Assembly: GCF_000017845.1 (NCBI RefSeq)
Contig: NC_010546.1
Coordinates: forward strand, 1,260,001-1,292,000
Length of the DNA stretch: 32,000 nt
From: Crocosphaera subtropica ATCC 51142
GTDB taxonomy: Bacteria > Cyanobacteriota > Cyanobacteriia > Cyanobacteriales > Microcystaceae
Direction of reading: 5' to 3'
In this document: positions 1 to 6,709 of the stretch, in pieces
Position numbering within the stretch: the stretch's first letter is position 1
Layout: every line of letters starts with the position of its first letter
Program-made: the position numbers and the translations under genes
The notes under the pieces: generated by a model
Told to the model about the DNA's origin: nothing
Databases searched by the model: none
What the model saw: the letters and a program-made list of their open reading frames with translations, nothing else

Positions 1-1112
1 TCTTCGAGGGTTTCAGGGACATTATTAAAAAAGAGGGTTTCGTTGATCGAGCCTTGCAGTCCCCCTTCTGCACTCGCTCCATTATCGGAAATGACCATAA
101 TAATCGTATTCTCAAATTCCCCAATATTTTTGAGAAAATCCAATAAACGACCGATATGATAATCTGTATGGGTGAAAAATCCCGCAAAAACCTCCATCAT
201 GCGAGCATAAAGCCTTTTTTCATCGGCTGAGAGGGAATCCCAGTGAGGAACATCGGGATCATGACGAGACAGTTCAGCATTTTGGGGAACAATGCCCATT
301 TCTTTCTGACGGGCAAATACTTTCTCTCGGTACGCTTCCCAACCGTCATCAAATTGTCCGGCGTAAGCGTCTGCCCACTCTTTGGGGACATGATGGGGGG
401 CGTGCATCGCACCAGGACAAAAATACATGAAAAAGGGCTTATCGGGGGCAATTTGTTTAGAATCAGCAATAAAGCTTATGGCTTTGTCCGCAATATCTGC
501 GTTAAAGTGATAACCTTCTTCTGGTGTTTTGTCAGGATGGACTTGGTGGTTATCATAGACGAGAGCGGGGTAGTATTGATGGGTATCTCCCCCTAAAAAG
601 CCGTAATATCGCTCAAAACCCCGTCCCAACGGCCAGCGATCGTAGGGACCGGCGGCCGACAGTTGATCGGCAGGGGTTAAATGCCATTTGCCGATCGCAT
701 AGGTATTATAACCTTTTTGTAGCAATATTTCTGATAAAAAGCCATTTTCAAAGGGAATGTTGCCATTACTGCCTGGATAGCCCGTTGAACCTTCTGTAAT
801 GCAGGCCATAGCGTTGGAATGGTGATTACGTCCCGTCATAATACAGGAACGAGAGGGAGAACATAAGGCTGTCGTATGTAGATTGTTATAACGCAAACCA
901 TTAGCAGCTAAGGCATCTAAATTAGGGGTTTTTATGGGACTTCCATAACACCCAAATTGTCCAAATCCAGTATCATCGAGGACAATAAACAAAACGTTGG
1001 GGGTGCCTTTTTTTGCCCGTAATGGTTCTGGCCAAGCAGGGCTAGATTGATCTACAGTTCGTCCGATAACCCCAGAAAAAGCGGTTCCAGGTTTATATTC
1101 TTGCAAAGCCAT
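1..1112 (-). CDS. Arylsulfatase (formylglycine-dependent sulfatase family), N-terminal ~370 aa; the C-terminus runs off the left edge
   Basis: Missing from the ORF track because it has no stop inside the window. Reverse-strand reading from ATG 1112..1110 stays open to position 1: MALQEYKPGTAFSGVIGRTVDQSSPAWPEPLRAKKGTPNVLFIVLDDTGFGQFGCYGSPIKTPNLDALAANGLRYNNLHTTALCSPSRSCIMTGRNHH... This carries the DD metal site and the C-x-P-x-R (CSPSR) formylglycine motif, with GKWHL and ISDNGAS further on. The short track ORFs at 197-799 are off-frame or antisense noise inside it. Confidence 0.9.
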   Translation of the reverse strand, partial: MALQEYKPGTAFSGVIGRTVDQSSPAWPEPLRAKKGTPNVLFIVLDDTGFGQFGCYGSPIKTPNLDALAANGLRYNNLHTTALCSPSRSCIMTGRNHHSNAMACITEGSTGYPGSNGNIPFENGFLSEILLQKGYNTYAIGKWHLTPADQLSAAGPYDRWPLGRGFERYYGFLGGDTHQYYPALVYDNHQVHPDKTPEEGYHFNADIADKAISFIADSKQIAPDKPFFMYFCPGAMHAPHHVPKEWADAYAGQFDDGWEAYREKVFARQKEMGIVPQNAELSRHDPDVPHWDSLSADEKRLYARMMEVFAGFFTHTDYHIGRLLDFLKNIGEFENTIIMVISDNGASAEGGLQGSINETLFFNNVPETLE

Positions 1113-1126
1113 ACATTTAACCTCAT

Positions 1127-1669
1127 TTAAGATTTTTCACTAGGAATTGTTGAATTTTTGCCTCTCAACTGAGAGGGAGCAAAGAAAAATTCATGAACAT
1201 TTTCTTTTCCAAAATAAATTTCAAGTTCTTTTAAAATATTGTGTATAAAAAAAACAATTGATATGCACAATGTGACGGCTAAAACTTGATAGATATTTTC
1301 TGAAACGAGAAAACTTTTAAAAGCAGGAATAAGGGATTTAGTTTGATGATAAGCATGAAGCAAATGTTCCATTATTCCCAGTATCAAAACGGCTACAGTA
1401 TAAATAAAGGTTTTATACAAAATGCTGAGATAACGAGGACTTTCCTCAAACCGATTCATCCAAGGGGTTGCATCCATAATGGCTACGGCCTTAGCCGCCA
1501 CTAATGCTCCTATAATGGCTTTTGAAAGAACATAAGTGTCAATGGAATATTCTTTTAAAAATAGCTTCATAATTAAAAGAATGTAACCAAATCCCAATAG
1601 AAAAAATAGGGCTAAAGAGCCGATTTTTCTGATTTCGCGCTGAAGTGCTTGCATAATAGACATCTCCAT
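1127..1669 (-). CDS. Hypothetical integral membrane protein (about 4 TM), immediately upstream of and co-directional with the sulfatase
   Basis: 180-aa ORF ending 14 nt before the sulfatase ATG. Hydrophobic helices include GSLALFFLLGFGYILLIMKLF, IIGALVAAKAVAIM, FIYTVAVLILGIM and VLAVTLCISIVFFI. No family recognised. Confidence 0.55.
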   Translation of the reverse strand: MEMSIMQALQREIRKIGSLALFFLLGFGYILLIMKLFLKEYSIDTYVLSKAIIGALVAAKAVAIMDATPWMNRFEESPRYLSILYKTFIYTVAVLILGIMEHLLHAYHQTKSLIPAFKSFLVSENIYQVLAVTLCISIVFFIHNILKELEIYFGKENVHEFFFAPSQLRGKNSTIPSEKS

Positions 1670-1711
1670 AATTTAATAAAATCAAGAAATATAGTATAAT
1701 AAAATGAATAA

Positions 1712-2020
1712 TTAGTTCAAAAAAGAAGAGAATTAACTGAAGCTCAAATAAAAGAAAATAAAGCTTTATCATCTAATCGGATTTTTGTTGAGCATTTAAT
1801 TCGAGTTGTCAAAGTATTTAAAGTAGTTCAAGAAAGATTTCGCTTACATAAGAGTCGATATAAATCGGTTTTGTTAACCGTTTGTGGATTAGTTCGGTTG
1901 AGAATTAGTTCCTTGATTTTGAAAATAATAGAATCCTCCCAATCTGGAGAGGTAATTGACGTTATAATGAGCCATAGTTTTATGTCCAAATTAGAGTTAA
2001 TTCCTTCAACCCCTTATTAA
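1712..2020 (+). mobile_element. Remnant of an IS4/IS5-superfamily DDE transposase (C-terminal part only, no start codon)
   Basis: This frame opens right after a TAA at 1709..1711 and has no ATG. It reads ...KRRELTEAQIKENKALSSNRIFVEHLIRVVKVFKVVQERFRLHKSRYKSVLLTVCGLVRLRISSL... The pattern (E-x-N-x-x-LS-x-x-R-x-x-VEH-x-I-x-x-x-K-x-F, then ERFR and a hydrophobic tail) is the C-terminal block containing the catalytic E of IS4/IS5-type transposases common in cyanobacteria. The recognisable part ends near 1930. Confidence 0.6.
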
Positions 2021-2409
2021 TTCGTTCTGAAGGCTAATTTTGACTTCAAGTTTAATCTGCCTGTTTTCATTGCTGTAACTGGGTTATGGATTCTTGGAGA
2101 TGTCTAATGTTTTCCCTTAGGAAGTAATTGAGAAATTAAGGGATTTAATGATCACCCCCATAAGACTAAATAAATAAATTAATAACTAATAGAGTAATCC
2201 CAATATTTGGATATTGTAAGACAATTCATAATTGTACGAGTGTAACCTAATTTGAAGCTTTAAAAGTGTTAAGAAATATAAAAAAATGTAATGATTATTT
2301 AAGATGGAAAAGAATAAATTTTATAGATTTTCTTAAGATTTTTTTTAAAAAAAAGTAGTTTATACTATTTTCTATAAATATTTTAATAGTTAATACTGAG
2401 GAATCGTTA

Positions 2410-2784
2410 ATGATTTTAAAATCATTATTATGCTCAACTTTATCTTCCATGGCTATTATAACTAGCCTTGGTATTTTTCCCTTAAACGTCAACGCTCAAA
2501 CTAATTCACAGGCTAATTGTGTTCAAGAACCCCAGTCTTATATTTCCCCTGAACTCTTAGCAACGATGGCCTATCGGGAGTCTTTTAAAAAGGAAGGAAT
2601 TCCGGGTTATGGTGTCTTAGAAACAGAATTCAGTGCAGGAAATATTACAGCAAAAGACATTGTACAAGCAGCAATAAAAGCTTGTGTTCTTAGCAATGAA
2701 TATGGCATCGCTAGTCATGAAAACTACGTTGACGATGTGAAAAGTCAACTTCAATCTATGATCCAAGCTGATAATAGTCGATAA
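2410..2784 (+). CDS. Small exported hypothetical protein (124 aa)
   Basis: N-terminal signal peptide MILKSLLCSTLSSMAIITSLGIFPLNVNA|Q, followed by a hydrophilic mature part with 2 Cys. Same strand as the large envelope protein 216 nt downstream. No family recognised. Confidence 0.5.
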   Translation: MILKSLLCSTLSSMAIITSLGIFPLNVNAQTNSQANCVQEPQSYISPELLATMAYRESFKKEGIPGYGVLETEFSAGNITAKDIVQAAIKACVLSNEYGIASHENYVDDVKSQLQSMIQADNSR

Positions 2785-3000
2785 AAACAGTAAGAATACT
2801 GACTTAATTTCACTTAAGTTGGAAAAAAGTTAAGTAAGACAGAGAACAGGAACGAGTAACTTCTATAGAGTGCAGATAATAAGTTAAAAATTAATAACAA
2901 ATCATCCAAAAACTGACTTATACGCAAACCTATTGTCTGTTTAAAAAATCCTGTTTTCTGGTCTTTTTTAACAAATAACTTCGACTTTATCCGACAAATT

Positions 3001-5283
3001 ATGTTACACAAAATTTTAAAATTTCTTTATTTGAAACCTATAATACAGGGTACTGTTTTAATTAGTTATTATTTGTTTTCCGCAAATGTACAAGCCAACC
3101 CGATAATAACTAAAACTGACCAAGATATTTTTTATGAACCATCAATTTTAGTTATTCCAGAAGATAAACCTTTGGCCAATGAAGTCGAAGTTAAAAAAGA
3201 TAGTTTTACGATTTTAGAAAATACCGTTAATTCTAACCAACCTGAGACAACATCTTCTTGTCTTACGTTTACTCCTTTAACTAACACTGTCACCCCTAAT
3301 ATATCATCTACTAAAAAGAAGGAAAACGAAATAAAAGCTACCAGTAATTGTGCCACAGATTTGATAGAAATTTCAAATCCTAAACCATTAAAAGTATTTC
3401 AGAATAAAAACTCTGATTTTTCGTTAAATCTTCCAGAAACTTCACCTAAGTCTTCACAAGATTTACCTGTCGTAGAGACAACTCAACCCGTTGAAGACAA
3501 CCGCTGGCATTTTAAATTACAACCTTATGCCACCATTCCCATTAATACCTATGGAACGGTTTCGGCGAGGGGAGAAACGGTTAGTTATCATTTAAGTTTA
3601 GGGGAATTATTAGATACATTAAGAGCAACTGCAAGCGGTCGTTTTGAAGGTTGGAACGGTCGTTGGGGATTTATTATTGATGGTTATTTTGCTAGTTTAC
3701 AAGATATTGGTAATCTGCAAATATCTCGTTCGAGAAACCCTAATCCTATTAATGTTTTAAACTTTTTATTAAATAGAGGAATTAATACTAGACTGCAAGA
3801 AGTCGTTAATGTCATTGATCAAGAAATTCAAATCGCTAATAATATTCAACAAGTAAGAGAAGCTCAACCTTTTCAAAATTTAGAACGTCAAGTTCAAGAT
3901 TTGAAAGTTGTTGTTTCGGAAGATGCCCAAAAACTTCAGGAATTGCAAATTAGATTCCAAGAATTTGAAGATAAAGTAATTACAGGTCGTCAACAGATAG
4001 AGGTATTAGAAACAAGAGTTGAAGATTTGCAAGACCTTGAATCACAAATTAATACTTTACAGAATTTTAAAACAAACTTCATTAATAATATCAATACTGA
4101 ACAATTTCAAGCATTTCTTGACCTTGATTTTCAAAACTTAAATCAATTAGCAAATCAAGTTAGTAGCATTGAACAAGTAGGACAAGAATTAAGACAAACT
4201 AGAAATAATTTAGAACGTGCGAGTCAGCGAGTTAAAGAACTACGCTCGCAACGAGATAGTGTAGCTTTAGAAAATGTTGAAACCAAGCTAGAAGAAGCCA
4301 AAGCATTACTTAATGATGAACTGATTACAGATGAGGAAAAGTTAGAGAGTTTTTTGGACAAACTTGAAGAATTAAAAAACATTGAATCAGACATTGACCT
4401 AGTGAAAGAAATAGGAATTAATGATATTGAATCTTTAGAAAAAATTATTGCTTTAAGGGTTCAAGATTTACCGATTATTGACGATTTACAAGACTTAAAC
4501 AACCAAATTCAAGAGCTAAATCAACTTACCGATATTAATCAAATTGAACAAAAACTAATACAAACCAGAGATAATTTAGAGCGTGTTAGTCAACAAGTCA
4601 AAGAACTGCGGTCACAACAAGATAGTGAAACTTTGCAAAATCTTGATAGTCAACTCGAACAAGCAAAAGTATTATTAGATCGAGAAATTCAAGCAGTCAA
4701 CCAAATTCAAGACTTTCTAGAAAATCAACAACCTCAACAACTTGAAGCAACCATCGGAGCAAGTTTACAATTTGATCAAGGAATTTATGATTTTGCCCTT
4801 AGTTATCATATTGGGGATCTTCCCTCCCATGAATTGCCTGAACAACCTTCTAATCGCAATTTTCCTCTAATTTGGTTTCAACCTATTGTGGGGGTTCGCC
4901 TTAATGATATTAGTGTTGAAATTGATACAATTAATAGGTTTGAGCTATCAAGTTCTTTGGTTAATATTCAGGGTACGGTTCAACGAAAATTTGAGCGAGG
5001 ACGTACTTGGTTTGAACCCTTATTAGGAGGAAAATTCGGTATTCAAATCTCAGATCCCATTACTTTTTGGTTAAGAGGTGATGCTTCGGGGTTTGGACTA
5101 GCAGGAGAAACAGATATTAGTTGGAACTTATTGTTTGGGTTAGATTGGTGGATTCATCAACAAATTTCATTGCAACTTGGCTATCATTTCTATGAGATCG
5201 ACTATAAAACTGGCAATGATAATGACTTTAGATTTGAAGAAAATCTAAACGGACCTTTTGTTTCAGCAACCTTTCATTTTTAG
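3001..5283 (+). CDS. Exported 760-aa protein: signal peptide, low-complexity spacer, beta-barrel-like N-segment, coiled-coil insert of roughly 320 aa, beta-barrel-like C-segment ending in Phe (putative outer-membrane protein)
   Basis: A long ORF in very AT-rich DNA. Signal peptide ...LISYYLFSANVQA|NP. Alternating-hydrophobic strands occur at RWHFKLQPYATIPINTYGTVSARGETVSYHLS...GRFEGWNGRWGFIIDGYFASL (nt ~3496-3710). They recur at GASLQFDQGIYDFALSYHIGD...WFEPLLGGKFGIQISDPITFWLRGDASGFGLAGETDISWNLLFGLDWWIHQQISLQLGYHFYEIDY...NGPFVSATFHF (nt ~4750-5280). The C-terminal aromatic pattern F-H-F is typical of the BAM beta-signal. Between them (nt ~3790-4740) lies a Q/E/L/N-rich heptad-like sequence. Confidence 0.8.
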   Translation: MLHKILKFLYLKPIIQGTVLISYYLFSANVQANPIITKTDQDIFYEPSILVIPEDKPLANEVEVKKDSFTILENTVNSNQPETTSSCLTFTPLTNTVTPNISSTKKKENEIKATSNCATDLIEISNPKPLKVFQNKNSDFSLNLPETSPKSSQDLPVVETTQPVEDNRWHFKLQPYATIPINTYGTVSARGETVSYHLSLGELLDTLRATASGRFEGWNGRWGFIIDGYFASLQDIGNLQISRSRNPNPINVLNFLLNRGINTRLQEVVNVIDQEIQIANNIQQVREAQPFQNLERQVQDLKVVVSEDAQKLQELQIRFQEFEDKVITGRQQIEVLETRVEDLQDLESQINTLQNFKTNFINNINTEQFQAFLDLDFQNLNQLANQVSSIEQVGQELRQTRNNLERASQRVKELRSQRDSVALENVETKLEEAKALLNDELITDEEKLESFLDKLEELKNIESDIDLVKEIGINDIESLEKIIALRVQDLPIIDDLQDLNNQIQELNQLTDINQIEQKLIQTRDNLERVSQQVKELRSQQDSETLQNLDSQLEQAKVLLDREIQAVNQIQDFLENQQPQQLEATIGASLQFDQGIYDFALSYHIGDLPSHELPEQPSNRNFPLIWFQPIVGVRLNDISVEIDTINRFELSSSLVNIQGTVQRKFERGRTWFEPLLGGKFGIQISDPITFWLRGDASGFGLAGETDISWNLLFGLDWWIHQQISLQLGYHFYEIDYKTGNDNDFRFEENLNGPFVSATFHF
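4021..4686 (+). repeat. Intragenic tandem duplication inside the coiled-coil segment of the 760-aa protein
   Basis: Copy 1 (nt 4021-4320): EDLQDLESQINTLQNF...IEQVGQELRQTRNNLERASQRVKELRSQRDSVALENVETKLEEAKALLNDE. Copy 2 (nt 4480-4686): DDLQDLNNQIQELNQL...IEQKLIQTRDNLERVSQQVKELRSQQDSETLQNLDSQLEQAKVLLDRE. The best-conserved 46-aa cores (4183-4320 and 4549-4686) lie 366 nt apart. Confidence 0.75.
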
Positions 5284-5387
5284 GTACCGAAATAAGATTT
5301 ATTTGAAATTCTCTAAATTCTCTAATTACAAGCCAAACTAACCATTGTCGTAACCTACCCACAGATGAATGATATCAATAATATTAT

Positions 5388-5849
5388 TTAAGGAGCAGTA
5401 ACATCATTATCCCATAGTTCAACTTTAGCCAAAGAACAACTCATGCTATGTTCATTAGCTAATTCATGTATCCATTTTCCCATTTGTTGGTTTTGATCAT
5501 TTCCGCTTAACCAAGTAACACTCAGAAGACTGAGATTGCCTCCTGCAATCGGTTCACAAGTAAATTTTAAATTCCCTGGAGAGTTCTCAGAAACCCCTGA
5601 TTGGCACTTCCAACTTTTTGGATCAATGATTAATTTCCAATCACTATCATCTCTGGCTTCAATGAGAATTTTATCTTCTTGATCTGAACAAATCCAACTA
5701 TTCATTTGATCAGCTATATTAGGTAATTCATCTAAATTAGATGGGTTATTTTGTGCTGTTAATTGAGAAGTAGATTGAGCTAATAAAGTTAAAGGAGATA
5801 AAATTAAAAGAATTGTTGTTTTTGTTAAAATCAATGACTTTAATTTCAT
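5388..5849 (-). CDS. Exported hypothetical protein (153 aa, 4 Cys)
   Basis: Signal peptide MKLKSLILTKTTILLILSPLTLLA|QS, followed by a hydrophilic mature domain with paired Cys (WICSD, WKCQS, FTCEP, MSCSL). Convergent with the 760-aa gene. No family recognised. Confidence 0.55.
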   Translation of the reverse strand: MKLKSLILTKTTILLILSPLTLLAQSTSQLTAQNNPSNLDELPNIADQMNSWICSDQEDKILIEARDDSDWKLIIDPKSWKCQSGVSENSPGNLKFTCEPIAGGNLSLLSVTWLSGNDQNQQMGKWIHELANEHSMSCSLAKVELWDNDVTAP

Positions 5850-5974
5850 GTGTTTCCTCAGCTAATCTCTTTATTAAAAATGTTTTTAATAAAATTATAA
5901 AAGGTTTCTAAAAATTTGGTTTAACGAAATACAAATCCAAGTAAACTAAATTTAGTTAAACTTTAACAAAGATT

Positions 5975-6517
5975 ATGAAACAATACAGGAAACTATTGGT
6001 TTTTCTTCAACTTCCCACTATCGTAACTTTTTCTTGGTCTTTTTTATCTATCCCTGTCAACGCCCAAGGTTCTACTATTGCTTGTTTTGAATATGTTCAA
6101 GGGTTAGGAGCCAATCGAGAAACTGCCCAATCCATTTGTGCCAGTTATCCTCAATATGCGGGTTATTGTGCTGATAAAGTAAGGAGCATTGGAGGAACTT
6201 GGGAAACGGCTGAATCCTTATGTCAAGATGGAACTCGTTTCTCAGGACAGTGTTTTATAGGAATGAGAGCGCAAGGAGCGACTTGGGAGCATTCAGAGTC
6301 TTTGTGCAAGAATGCAACAGCAAATACCAGTCAATGTGTTCAACAAGCTAGGGGTTTGGAAGGCTTTTCTTGGAAAGGTGCTTTACAAGAATGTCGTCCG
6401 CCTCAGATTGCCGATGCCCTACAAAATTGTATCAATTCTTTAACCCATGATCTTCATGGCAACCCTACAGGAATTTCTCCAGAAGCTGCATCACAGGAAT
6501 GTAGTCGGGGAAGGTGA
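5975..6517 (+). CDS. Exported Cys-rich protein with four tandem ~28-aa repeats (180 aa, 10 Cys)
   Basis: Signal peptide ...FSWSFLSIPVNA|QG. The repeats are GANRETAQSICASYPQYAGYCADKVRSI / GGTWETAESLCQDGTRFSGQCFIGMRAQ / GATWEHSESLCKNATANTSQCVQQARGLE / GFSWKGALQECRPPQIADALQNCINS (nt ~6107-6430). Cys spacing is C-x17-C-x9-C-x17-C-x9-C-x17-C-x9-C-x18-C-x11-C. Confidence 0.7.
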   Translation: MKQYRKLLVFLQLPTIVTFSWSFLSIPVNAQGSTIACFEYVQGLGANRETAQSICASYPQYAGYCADKVRSIGGTWETAESLCQDGTRFSGQCFIGMRAQGATWEHSESLCKNATANTSQCVQQARGLEGFSWKGALQECRPPQIADALQNCINSLTHDLHGNPTGISPEAASQECSRGR

Positions 6518-6709
6518 TAGATTGGCCGTGGCCGTGGCCAGAGGGAAAAAGTTTAACTAAGGTTGTTCTCAAATAGGAAGGAATGAACCATGATTAATTT
6601 CTAATGAGTCGAAAAACAAACCACAACCATGGCCAATAAAAACCACATTCGATGATCGAAGCGTATTGCACTACTATAAATAAGAGCTTTATCGAATCTC
6701 TACAGAGTC

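Noticed and set aside
197-799. Track ORFs 197..469(-), 243..596(+) and 524..799(+)
   Set aside because: All lie inside the strongly supported arylsulfatase reading frame (1..1112, minus), either off-frame or antisense. Their translations are low-complexity or Arg/Pro-rich with no motifs.
6525-6545. GGCCGT GGCCGT GGCCA tandem/palindromic motif after the Cys-rich gene
   Set aside because: Only a 5-bp stem is possible and no U-tract follows. Too weak to call a terminator or a repeat family from one copy.
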